A stretch of 23,678 nt of DNA from NCBI RefSeq assembly GCF_006345805.1, contig NW_021836555.1, positions 1 to 23,678 on the forward strand, read 5' to 3'. The notes below the pieces were generated by a model, which saw only the letters and a list, made by a program, of their open reading frames with translations, was not told the origin of the DNA and made no database searches. The position numbers and the translations under genes were made by a program. This DNA is from Octopus sinensis. Taxonomy: Eukaryota. Below are positions 9,150 to 20,340 of the stretch, one piece after another (the stretch's first letter is position 1; every line of letters starts with the position of its first letter).

Positions 9150-9900
9150 TCCAGAAGTTCTTATAATATAGGATATTCTGTAATTGAATTGGTTTTATTT
9201 TGACAATAATTTAATCTTTTTTTCACTTTCAACATTTATATCTTTTCATTTTTTACTATTTAATCTCTCAACTCTACTATTTTATTTTTTATGGATATTT
9301 GATTGGATTGAGGTCTGGTAATTTACTTGGCCATTTTAAAACATTAATTTTTTTCCTTATTAACCATTCAGTCGCTGCGATGCTGGAATGTCAATTGTTG
9401 GTCAAATTCAATTTATCGACCGAACGAAACAGGCATTGTTTCAGGATTTTCAATATTTGAGCATATTCATTATTCCATCTATTACAAATAAATACCCAAC
9501 AGCATGATACTTCAATGAAAAACTTCCTCCCCAGTGGTTTATGATAGGTATGGTGAATTTTTGGTTATTTTCCTGATCGAATTTACGCCAAATCGAAGGC
9601 GACAAGTTCAGTCCTAAAAGTTGTAGTTTTAAATTCTTCCGATCATAAAATATTGTTTATGAATTCATTTTCTTTATTTAAAAGATATTTGGAATATTTA
9701 ATTTGTGTAGAGGTGTGTATTTTTTTAATAACGGAACAAAATTATCATTATATTTGAAAAAAACTTGTCATCCTCCATATCATTGACAAAATTATTTTGA
9801 TTAACTTTGTATGTAGAGGGGTTTTTTACTCGATTACGTTTTTCTGATTTTAAAAAAACACGTAAAACTTTGACTAAATGAAATAAAAAAAAATTAACGA
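9150..9900 (-). pseudogene. Tc1-family transposase fragment
   Basis: Minus-strand translation gives IWRK...HWGGS...LFVIDGIMN...INVLKWPSKLPDLNPI (cf. the Tc1 WPxxSPDLNPIE motif), with many stops and frameshifts; boundaries approximate. Confidence 0.75.
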
Positions 9901-10132
9901 GAACAAAAGAAATTATTTAATCATTTAAATAAGAAGAGTAACCCCATGTCATCGCTATTAAATGAGGATTGCATTTTAATTTCAAATCATCGTTGTCAAG
10001 TCTGCATGGTTTCTTTGAGTATTGAATTGCTCACAGTAGACTGTCGGCAAATCCATAGCCAGGCCCCCTTTAATCACCTCAAATTGTTTAAATCCCAATT
10101 CTTTTATTTTTGAAGATTTATTCAATAATATA

Positions 10133-10350
10133 CAGTGGGTCAAATTAGTCTTGGGACACTTGTTTATTTTTAATAAAATTTTATTTTCAATAACATAACT
10201 GTTTTTATTTAAGTTCTCCCAAAAGTGTAAAAGCACCCCTAGTTTTTGTTACATTATTTAAAAAATTACAAAGTTAGTTCAAATTATAGAAAATTTTTTA
10301 TTTATATTCAAGAGCTAGAATATCAAGTGCCAATTAGTTTTAGGACAAGT
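10133..10350 (+). mobile_element. Solo Tc1-like terminal repeat with IR/DR structure
   Basis: TA followed by CAGTGGGTCAAATTAGTCTTGGGACAC, with a similar inner repeat GTGCCAATTAGTTTTAGGACAA about 190 bp downstream. Confidence 0.5.
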
Positions 10351-10549
10351 AAGGTGCGAAACTGTGCCTACCGAATATGTTTGAGAATCCAGTTAATCGC
10401 TGACACGAAATGTCACCATTTCTTACTTATATTTGAGGCGATTTTTTAGCCTACAAAATAAAAAATTTAACATAAAATTTAACTTTATGAACCTAAAAAC
10501 TAAAAAAATTAACCCCAAAATTTAACTTAATAACCAAAAACTAAAAATG

Positions 10550-11095
10550 TTTTCCGGAAGCTTTCCGCTAAGCTTCTCTGTCATGCCATAGTCCCTTGTT
10601 TGTCTCCAAACTTTCTGTCCGCTCAACTTGGTGTCGGCGTTTCCAATGGTTGCGAGGCCGCAGCTTATTCTGATCGTGACCTGTTAGAATCTTCCGAGGA
10701 GTTTATCATGGTCAAACTGGACGTATCTAATGCTTTTAACTCCATCAGACAGGATCACTTACTGGAGTGCTGCCGCAAAATGGCTCCTTCCGCATACTCC
10801 CTCGTACATCTCGCTTACGCATCCCCAAGCATATTTATGTTTGACGACGTTCCGATCACCTCGTCTACTGGGGTCCAGCAAGGCGATCCCCTGGGTCTTG
10901 TGCTTTTCGCCCTAGACGTTAATGGCATCGCCCATTCTGTCCGGTCACATTTTATCATTCGGTACCTGGACGACGGCACCATTTGTAGTCCTCTTGAGGT
11001 CGTTTTCGACGACCGCCGGTTTATCCTCCTATCACTCTCGGCTATTGCCTATCTATCAACGCAAAAAAATCTGAAATCGCGAACATCGGCTTTCA
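10550..11095 (+). mobile_element. CRE-like non-LTR reverse transcriptase fragment
   Basis: QLGVGVSNGCEAA, KLDVSNAFNSI, GVQQGDPLG and YLDDG. Confidence 0.85.
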
Positions 11096-11165
11096 ACATA
11101 GTTTATTCTTTGATCATTTTAATATATGTGAATTTTAAATCATTTTAATTGCGGCAGCAGATATA

Positions 11166-12592
11166 CAGTAAAACCTCTGGTGCTCGCCACCTCTGTTACT
11201 CGCCACCTCTATTGCTCGCCACATATTTTCCAAAAAATTAAAAATTTCTAGTAAATTTTGATAAATATTCTATTGCTCGCCATTTTCTAAATCTCGCCAT
11301 TAATTTTTTAAAATATTTTTTTTGGTTAAACTATTTTTTATATTAAAATATTTCAACCATGCTAAATTCAACATGCGTAAGAGCACAAGATTGTCTTTTA
11401 ATGAAAAACGTCGCATTATTGGGTACATGGAGGAGAACAAAAATCTCACGATGGACCGTATAGCTTAAATTTTTTCTTCTGTTTTAAAGAAAAAAATATC
11501 TCGAAGGGCTGTAAACGATTTTAGACTTAGAAAAGAGAAAATACTGTCTACTGATCCTATTTTCTCCAATAAGAAGAGATTATCTAACTTAACTTATTCT
11601 GTTATTGACACCGAACTATTAACTTGGATGGAATACATTGAGCTGCAGTTGATCAGAAACAAGAAATTGATCTCTGCAAAGATTCAACAATATAATGCTG
11701 AAAACATTTATAACGCTGATGAAACTGGGATTTTTTTTACAAATCTATCCAGTCAAAAAGTGTTTGTCAGAAGGTTCGATATGGACATAAAATCCTTAAA
11801 GAACGGTTTAATTTTTATTTATTTTTTTAGATTTTCTTTGTTGCTATGCTCAAATATGACTGGGACAAACAAAAAAATTCCACTTATGATTGGAAAGTTC
11901 CAGAAACCTCGCTGCTTTAAAAATTTTAAAGTCTAAAATTTTGTCGATTACTGTCATTCACCAAAAGCATGGATGACAAGTAAAATTTTTAACGAATGGC
12001 TTTTAACATGGGATAGGCATCTAAAAAAACAAAAAATTCTTTTAGTTGTGGATCGATGCCCATCCCATAAACTTTACGCTGATTTAGAGTCAATTGAAGT
12101 TTTTTACCTACCTTCGAAGACTACAACAATTCTACAACCAATGGATCAAGGAATCATTAGATCCTTCAAAGGACATTTTAATAAACTTAAATTTGAGTTT
12201 ATGTTAGAAAAATTTGAAAATGGAGAAAATCCACTGGAAGCTCAAACATAATTAACTTTAAAAGACGGTCCTCTTTTTGCATATTTTACCTGGAAAAAAG
12301 TAACGACCAAAACAAGTACAAATTGTTTCGGACATTCAAAATGGATCGAATGTGAAAATCAACTCGAAAGACCAACTGTTGAAATTGATAATTTTTAGTT
12401 AATTTTTTCTTTTTAATTTCTTTCGATTCTCTTTGTTTCTTTGCTCAAATATGACTTGGAAGGCTCACTTAGAAAAGTATCGAAAACCGAGATGTTTTCA
12501 AAATTTATTGATTATTTCCATTGCTCGCCAAATTCTATTGCTCGCCATTTTTTCTTCGGTCCCGAAAATGGCGAGCACCAGAGGTTTTACTG
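11166..12592 (+). mobile_element. Tigger/pogo DNA transposon, defective
   Basis: Perfect 24-bp TIRs CAGTAAAACCTCTGGTGCTCGCCA (11166-11189, 12569-12592), TA on both flanks, and subterminal CTCGCCA repeats. Transposase remnants include an HTH-like start RLSFNEKRRII, YNADETG, CSNMTG, KPRCFK, WMT, LLVVD and LQPMDQGII; stops, a frameshift and a deletion. Confidence 0.95.
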
Positions 12593-12699
12593 TATGTGAA
12601 TTGATCATTTTAATTATGTTTAAAATATCATTTTTGAAGCTTTTTGTATATGTATTTTTAATAAATTTGTTGCCATTTCCAAATCCTAACTTTCAAATT

Positions 12700-13015
12700 T
12701 TGTAATAATATTTGCAATAGCGACATTATTTGGAAACCTGGATTGTTAGAATAGCTTTGGATATTCAAATTAGATATCCATTATCCGCGAATGATTCAAA
12801 AATATTTTGAATTCCGATCAGATTTTCTCAATAGTATGTAGCGGCCTTATGCCAGGAACCCCATCTTGTCAAATGAAATGGTGATGTTTCTGTCTTTGAA
12901 TATTAATTTTCTTCTATTGTTCCTGATAATTGCAGCTTGTACAGTAGCTATCATTGAATCAATTCCAATTAAGATTCTCTGAATTTCTCACAGCAATTGT
13001 ATAATAGATGAAGTT
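12700..13015 (-). pseudogene. hAT-like transposase fragment
   Basis: Minus-strand LYNCCEKFR...IDSMIATV...RRKLIF...LTRWGSWHKAATYY*ENL resembles the TRW motif region of hAT-like transposases. Confidence 0.55.
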
Positions 13016-13249
13016 AATGTCCTCGACATTCATGATGAGGTCCATTAAAACCTTCGAGGCAAAAATCTCACGTATTAAGAATATCCTTGATGAAAACGAC
13101 AGCGAGAATATTAACACTGATGAACTCCTAATTATTCGCGAGAAAGAAATTCAATTCATCCTATGTTTTTCTCTTTAAAATTAAATGCATATATCATTAT
13201 CGACATGAATCAAAATTAAAGCTATTATCATATTTGACTTTGACAGAAT
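13016..13249 (+). repeat. Dispersed 235-bp repeat, copy 2
   Basis: Near-identical to 7612-7846. Confidence 0.9.
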
Positions 13250-13264
13250 GTGCAATTACAGATT

Positions 13265-13467
13265 GCACGACTTTGAATAGAGTGTGCAATTAACAGATTT
13301 TGAAAAACAACTTTGATGTTGAAACCACATTAGCACAATCATTAACACAATTACCACCAATTGACGCACGACCTTGAATAGAGTGTGCAATTAACAGATT
13401 TTGAAAAACACTTTGATAGTTGAAACCACATTAGCATAATCATTAACACAATTTACCACCAATTGAC
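13265..13467 (+). repeat. Tandem duplication, 2 x ~101 bp
   Basis: GCACGAC(T/C)TTGAATAGAGTGTG...CCACCAATTGAC occurs twice head to tail. Confidence 0.9.
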
Positions 13468-13511
13468 AGCGCCATCAGAAGAATTTGCGTAAAAATATTA
13501 ACTATTTACTT

Positions 13512-13724
13512 GAGTTTTTCGTAAAGCTAGAATTTATTTTCGTTATGCCTCTTTTCCTAAACTTTTTTATTATTCAAAAATAATTTTTTCAATAGATAAC
13601 CGAAGGAGGGAAGACGACCTTAGAAAAAGAGTTTTTCGTAAAGATAGAATTTATTTTCTGTATGCCTCTTTTTCCAAATATTTTTTATTATTCAAAAAAT
13701 TTTTTAAATAGATAACCAAAGGAG
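13512..13724 (+). repeat. Tandem duplication, ~117-bp period
   Basis: GAGTTTTTCGTAAAG...ATAGATAACC..AGGAG starts at 13512 and 13629. Confidence 0.85.
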
Positions 13725-13778
13725 AAACGAAACTGAAGAAAAAACGGTCAGAATAAGGTAATTAATTAAATCTTTTTT

Positions 13779-13940
13779 GCCGCCGCATCTCTGCCTGCCG
13801 CATCTCTGCCTGCCGCATCTCTGCCTGCCGCATCTCTGCCTGCCGCATCTCTGCCTGCCGCATCTCTGCCTGCCGCATCTTCGCCTACCGCATCTTCGCC
13901 TACCGCATTTCCGCCCGCCGCATCTCCCCGCATCTCCCCC
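13779..13940 (+). repeat. GC-rich 15-bp minisatellite (GCCGCATCTCTGCCT)n, about 10 units
   Basis: Read directly from the sequence; units diverge towards the right end. Confidence 0.95.
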
Positions 13941-14220
13941 AAATAAAAAAAGAAAAAAACGAAATTACAAAGAAACACGAAAAAATCAAATATAAAAAGT
14001 TAAAAAATAAAAAAAAAGAAAATAAAGCACAAAAAAAAGAAAATAAAACAAAAAAAAAGAAAATAAAACACAAAAAAAGAAAAAAAATTTAAAAAATAAA
14101 AAAAAATTAAAAAATAAAAAAAAATTAAAAAATATAAAAAATTAAAAAATAAAAAAAATTAAAAATTAAATAAAAACACAATAAAAATCAAAAAATAAAA
14201 AAAAACTAAAAAATAAAAAC
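13941..14220 (+). repeat. A-rich low-complexity tract
   Basis: Runs of AAAAAT/AAAAGAAAAT. Confidence 0.9.
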
Positions 14221-14344
14221 GGGCTATATTAGCTCCGCTAAATGATGAGGTACTTAATATAAATTTAGATTTATTAATCAAAATCCCATTAACCAACGTG
14301 CGTTGTTGTTGTTGTTTTTAAACGCTTCTCGATCTGTGTGAAAT

Positions 14345-15298
14345 ATATGACAAACTCTGAAGAAAATCGAACTATGAAAAAACCTGAACAGTTCACTCGC
14401 TCCCCGACAGTATGTCAGTCGTGCCTCGTGTCAAACCCCCGCAAACGGGGAATCCACTGCGCCCTCTGCAATGCCCATTTCCACCTGAGCTGTGTATCTT
14501 TGTCTAAGGCGACTGCAAGTGCCTTGGGCGCATGGCACTGTGCCCGCTGCCTCTTCAACTCAAAGGGCGCTGGGCCAAATCGGCGACCCTCTCGTACTAC
14601 TACCCGCCACAATCTCTCGACTGAAGAATTTATTCTTTCCCTGTCTTTGCTTCGTGGCACAAGAGACATCCCTCTCCGCATTCCCAAACAAGCCCGCCTG
14701 ACGGCCGCTTCCTGCCTCGAAAAAATTATCTCAGAAGCACTCAGTTCCGAAGAAGACCTCCCGTGGTTCCGTATCTTCCTGTTTGCTTGATTCGGCCCTC
14801 GCTCTTTGAAAACGCATTTCTCTGAAGTCCCTTCCGATGTCTTTTCTCAGCGAGACTGGGACAAAATTCTTTGCCGTCGATCTTCAACTGACTTGGACCC
14901 ACTCCTCGTCCAACACAGACTGGCTTGTTTCTGTTCCGCCTGTCAGCCATACTCAGGCTCCTGGCTGAATGTGCTCCTTTCTCCGCTTTTGGATACTGTC
15001 CTCGATAGGCATTCACTCCGTTTGGGTATCTGTAATTGCCTTGGACTCCCTGTCTGCAGACTTCACCCATGTCGTTGTGGGGATAAAGTTGACACCTTTG
15101 GGCTACATCCTCTGTCTTGTCGAATGAGCGCTGGCCGATTTCCTCGACACACTGAAATTAACAATCTAATTCACAAAGCTCTGGAAAGAGCTGGTTTCCC
15201 TTCTATTCTGGAACCGACGGGCCTTGTTTTTGAAGATGCAAAACGTCCAGACGGCTGTACGCTTTTCGCTTTTGAATCCGGGAAGCAGCTCGTTTTGG
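14345..15298 (+). mobile_element. CRE-like non-LTR remnant B (complete PHD finger plus RLE region, RT absent)
   Basis: CQSC...IHCALCNAHFHLSC...WHCARC (C4HC3) and RIPKQARLTAA, then SQRDWD...SGSWL...CRCG...HPLSC...RH...KRPDG. Confidence 0.85.
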
Positions 15299-15400
15299 AA
15301 AAAAATAAACTTAATTGAATTCAAAATGACTGACAATATTAAATGTTATTTAATTTTTTAAATAATTCATTTAAAACCAAATATTAATGAAGTCAACAAA

Positions 15401-16055
15401 CTAATAAATTCTCCCAGCGAGACGGAGGGAACAGCTGTTGCCACGCATGACAGCCAGCAGGATCCTCTGAATGAGGAAAGTAAATTCCCTAGGGTCCTTG
15501 GACCGCGAAGAACAAAGATGTCCCAATTTCTTTAGGAAGTGAGGGTCCCGGAGCCAAAGACGCCGGAAGTCTCGACAACGATTGGCCAAAACCAAAAGTC
15601 ATCCATCAAAGACTGATATTTCCGGCCTTCGTCGAAAGCTCAGCTTATTAGCACGAGACCCAGCAAGAGAGGCCGATTCGTTGATGAAAGACTTGAGAAG
15701 GTATCCACACAAGTGGAATCCCAGACCAAAGGTCTCCCAGAATAAAACGAGAACAACGTAGAGCCGTCCGGCCTTTTCCCGTCACCACGGTCGAGACCCT
15801 TAGGCTCAAGGACAGAAGGTAGCCGGCCTTTTCGAGTGAGTCGAGAATGATTCTGTTAATCGCCGAATGCGTGGAATACGACCGCGCTTTTCTTGCAGGA
15901 GAGGGCATGGAGCCCGTATACGTCCATAGTAGATCCGCACCGGCAGGGGTGGGGACTACAGATCGGAAGTCCGAGGCGGAGGCAAATGCCAAACGGAGGG
16001 CGTCGGAGTCAAGACAGGTGTCCAATGGGTCGAAGGAAGGCAGTTAAGCCAAGAG
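15401..16055 (-). mobile_element. CRE-like non-LTR 3' fragment C (RLE to stop codon)
   Basis: Across frames: HPCRCG...GLHALSC, RPDG...[15 protein letters not shown] and QRILLAVMRGN; tail-to-tail with remnant B. Confidence 0.85.
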
Positions 16056-19000
16056 CCAGAAATGCGGTTGGCGAAATTGTTCGAAATTTTTTAAATGTTC
16101 GAAATTTATCGAATTAATTGAAATAATTATCACGTGTTATTCATGTTTTTTTTTCTTTTGTTGTGCTTCTGCTTGTAAATTTTATTTATTTATTTATTTA
16201 CCCCCGGCCCCTTCAATTGAAGGAAGCCGGTGGCTAACAAGAACGTTAGGCCAATGTCGGACGCTCCCAAAGATCCCCGATCGTGATCCGGTGTTCCGAG
16301 GAAGTAGAAGGCGGGCCTGGACAGGAGAAAAGGTCGTTGAGGGAATAGGAAGGGGTTATTTCACCAAGACCGATTTTCATGCGATAATCGTGTAGGCCGT
16401 ATGGTGGCCACAGCGGAGACGAGCCAAGTTCACTCGGGCTTCTCTTGAGAGGGAGGATTCGATCTTATTAATTGGCGGCGGAAGGCGTCCCAGAAGCTTG
16501 TTTATTCCAAGACATCTGATTGCCCTCGTAGCCACCAGGTCGTGAATCCCCTTCTGGTTAATGTCCGGAGGGGATCGTATAAGCTTGCGGACTTTGTCCG
16601 CGAGGGTCGAAACTATTCTCCTGTTGTTAGTGGAGTGCCAGAGGAAGTAGCCAGGGTGATTTAGGGTTCGGCATTTGTCAAGAAATTGCAGCCCGAGCAT
16701 TTCAAAATGGTCACTGATTGGAAGGATTTTCGATTCCCAATGTAGGTGGTCGGTAGGTGTCGTTTTTAGACAGCCGGTAATAATTCGTAATGCTGAGTTT
16801 TGAGTTCTCTGAAGTTTTTCAAGGTTTGTATTAGATAAGCAGGAACCCCAAGCAGGGATGGCGTAGTTCATAGTTGTTCTAATAAACTGCTTGTATACAG
16901 TTTTTAGACTTTCCTTATCCTGCCCAAATGAAGTCCCCGCAATAGCTCGGAGCACATTGAGTTTTTTCTGGGATTTTCCACAGATATATGAAACATGTTT
17001 CGAGAAGGACAAACAGCAATCAAATATCAGACCCAAGATTTTGGGGGTTTTTCAACTGGGAGTGGAGTGTTTGTCTAGGAATAGTTTAGGCTCTAAGTTG
17101 AACTGACGGCGGTCAGTTGTGAATAGCGTAACAGATGATTTGGAAGGAGAAGGTTGAAGAAGATTGCATTTCAGCAGCCAGGACGAAAGAGTGTTCATGT
17201 GTTCCTGCAGAAATCCAGAAGCGGTGATTATGTTTTGGTGGCGGGAGGCAAAAATTAAGTCATCAGCGTAGGAGAGAGTAGAGTATTATTGTTCGTCGGG
17301 ATATTTGACAGATGTAAGTTAAATAAGGCAGGTGAAAGGACCGAGCCTTGGGGAACTCCCGTTAGGCAAGTATTTGTAGCGTGAGTAAGAAGACATGATT
17401 GTGGTGCGACCAAGACGCCCAGAGAGAAAGAGAGTAGCCATGACTTATTTGGTGGGGGAATTCCGTATCGGTTATTTTCCTACACAGAACGTGTCTTGAC
17501 GTTCTGTCAAATGCCTTTTCAATGTCGATGGATGCAATAATTGTTCTTTGAGGTGGCTTATGATTGTTAAAACCCATCCGCAATGAATTGTGTCAGTTTT
17601 TGAAAGATGGGTGGAAGTGGAATGCAAAGAACGAAAGCCATGTTGAGATTCAGCAAATGGGAGGAAAGGTTTTATGATGCTCAATACAACTCGCTCTCTC
17701 TGTTATTTTTGAAACCACTGAGATCAAAGAGATAGGTCGAAAAGAGGAGGGGTCAGATCACGATTTGGCTTTGGGATAGGGATGATGGTAGATTTTCTTC
17801 TTCCAAGCATAGGAACCAGACCATGGTTGATCGAGTATTCGATTAATTGGTCAGAGCCAGAAAGCCATTAGGACCCAGATTTTTTAGGTGGTGGATGGCA
17901 AGGCCATCAGGACCTCTGGCGTTAGAATTCCGCGAGTTAACACAAGTTGCCTGGTAAATGATTCTGGGATGTTAATATAGTCAGTAGAATTGTCATTTGA
18001 CTTATAATGTGATTTTCTTACGAAACGAGATCCTTTGGGGTAGGAAGGTGACTGATTTTTGCATAATGGCGAATTAAGATGTTGGCTTGATCCTGGAAAG
18101 ATAGGACAGATTTTTGGTCGAGATACCGGTGGCATGTGAGAGGGGACATGTTTGCCTCGTGTGAATTTTCTTGAGGGTTCTCCAGAAAGCACGGGATCCA
18201 GTATTGGGGTTATTGAAGTGATAAAATCATTCCATTCGTCAGTTTTATGTTTCTTGATTAATTCGTCAATTTGTTTGTTGATTTCTGCTAGAGATTCTCA
18301 TTTCCATTGATAGAAGTCGTCGATTTGATCCTCCTTCGTTTTTTGAATAGTTCAATGATAGGTGGGGGGAAGTGGAGGCCGTGATTCGGATGAAGCCGCG
18401 GGAATAAATTTTTTGTCCGCAGAAAGAAGTGTACTAGTAAAGAAAGCAACGGCAGCGTCAAATGATTGAATGGAGGAGCAAGAAAAATTACTGAATATAC
18501 GTTCAGTTTCACTCCTGAACGAGTCCCATTTCCCACGTTTGTAGTTAATGTAGGTCTTCGTAATTCTCTTCTTACAGGGTGATGGTTTATTTGATTAGAA
18601 TAGGATTGTGGTCCGTTGGTAGGTCGTACAGAACTGTCCATTTGGCGTCGAGGGCGATGTTTGGGGAACATAAGGTAATGTCAGGAGAAGTGTTTGAATC
18701 TCCAGGTCGCATTGCACAGCGGGTGTGTAGAAGAGGGTTGTTTAGAGTGATCAATTCTTCCGCATCCGTTGTGATTGGCTGGCCACGTTTGTCAGTTTTG
18801 TTTGTGGATAACCAGAGAGGATGGTGGGCGTTGAAGTCGCCACATAGAATACAGTTTTCAATTGAAAAAAGAGGCAGTAAGTTCGGTGTATAATTGGGAG
18901 CACATGACGAAATCGGGGGATATATGTGTTAACAACAGAGTAACATATCTTGTTAATGTTAATTTGAATAGATGAAATTTCGGTAAATCGATCATTAGTT

Positions 19001-19269
19001 AAGAGAGATTCAATGTTGGCAGTTGAGTCTGCAAAGGGAATGGCCTCGTGAATGAGTAATGAGACCACCGCCAGGCTTTCCAGACTGGCGGTCACGACGA
19101 ATGGTGGAATATCCCTTAAAACGGGGGGTTTGGGATTTTGGAGTAAGTTTGGTCTCTTGAATAAGAGCTATATCAATAGAGTTCGTGTGTAAAAGTAGCG
19201 TAGGTCATTGCATTTCTTGGAAATCCCGTTGATGTTCAATTGAAGGATGGTTAGTGTTCTAATAGGCTC

Positions 19270-19293
19270 AGGTCCAGGGTTTTGTTCCACATC
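19270..19293 (-). other. 2A-like ribosome-skipping motif DVEQNPGP
   Basis: CGDVEQNPGP matches D(V/I)ExNPGP and sits in frame just upstream of the APE domain. Confidence 0.85.
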
Positions 19294-19394
19294 TCCACAC
19301 CGATCAACAATAGAGTCAGGGAACGTAAGCTTGGCGCTCGTCCCGTAGCCACTACCAACCAAACGTTGACAGGTTGGTTGGCAAGGGGGAAAAT

Positions 19395-19465
19395 TGGTTC
19401 TGTTTGTTACTGATGTGAAATCAGCATCCAATCGTCTCCACGAGAAGGTGAACCACATGACGATC
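19395..19465 (-). ncRNA. HDV-like self-cleaving ribozyme at the LINE 5' end
   Basis: GAUCGUC AUG UGGUUC ACC UUCUCGU GGA GACGAUU GG A UGCUGAU UUCAC AUCAGUA A C AAACA GAACCA. P1 is 7 bp with a G-U first pair, P2 6 bp, P3 2 of 3 bp, and P4 7 bp. Confidence 0.8.
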
Positions 19466-19959
19466 TGTAAATTTTATTTCATTTTTTCTTGCTATTAATG
19501 TTTTATTGTTTAATATTTTTGATTATTTATTTGTTTGAAATTATTTAATTTGACTACTGGTAAAATATCTTGGATAAAGTTTATTTTGCAAGCGAATTTA
19601 TATTCACTTTATCAATTAATTAATCTCCATTCATAAGAACTTTTTACATTAAATTTTTCTATTGTCTATTTGGATTTTTCAGTATTTCTATCTTTTTTCC
19701 ACTATTTTATTGATTATTTTTATAGTTGTAGCATCAATTCGAATTAATAATTCCTCTAGCACCTTGTTGTATAGTGCCAAATCAGGGAATTATTATTCAT
19801 TTTATTTCATTTTTGGTAATTTCACTTTTATTTCCAAAGACAGAAGCGAGTTTTTTTAATTCATAGATTGATTTCTTTTTTCCAAATTTGGAATTAAAAT
19901 AAGTAGCAATGAGCGGCTAACCTCCTTTGGGGACTCGTTTAAGACTCTGATTTGAAAAA

Positions 19960-20340
19960 TGAGTATACAGGCTTGTTATAAAAAGTACACTACTTTTTCG
20001 AGAATTTCCAGCCACTTTTTTCATCTGTGTCTATCCTTTTGGAGAGTTTTCGGGTGGTGGTTTGATTAAACGTTCTACAATCCCCTGTGTACGGGGATTG
20101 TTTTTCTCTTCCATGTATCTGAACTACATTGAACTCTTCGTATAGATTTTTCAGAATTTGGAACTTAAAAATATGACTTTTTTTGACCTTATAATTAGAA
20201 AATATGACGTTATGGCCAGATAAATTGAGCAATCTATCTTTGGCACATTTCCATAAACCAAATCAGAAAACGCACTATCACTGTTAATAATGTTTATCAG
20301 GATTTATGAATGCCTTCAAATCGACTTCCTTTTATACGAA
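19960..20340 (-). pseudogene. Integrase catalytic-core (rve) fragment, Ginger/Gypsy-like
   Basis: Across frameshifts: LKNLYEEFNVVQIHGR...PRTQGIVER.NQT...KWLEILEKVVYFYN. Confidence 0.7.

Larger units (their letters stand above)
16188..19465 (-). mobile_element. Full-length, frameshifted Vingi/Ingi-like LINE (AP endonuclease + RT, no RNase H seen)
   Basis: 14-bp TSD TGTAAATTTTATTT at 16174-16187 and 19466-19479, and a (TAAA)n tail. APE motifs QLNING, IQETKL, GDFNAHH, SPDITL and TDHNPI; RT motifs QHGFR, DIEKAFD, GVPQGSVLSP and YADDL; C-terminal LARLRCGH. Confidence 0.9.

Noticed and set aside
13766-13995. Repeat proteins (RDAAG)n / (PHLCL)n
   Set aside because: These ORFs are by-products of a stop-free 15-bp minisatellite.
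14302-14316. (GTT)n as a CRE target site
   Set aside because: Only four units, about 30 bp from where homology starts, and not seen beside the other CRE copies.
20164-20187. 24-nt GT-AG intron in the integrase core fragment (minus strand)
   Set aside because: Plausible, but it is in frame and the flanks are too degenerate to show that removal improves homology.
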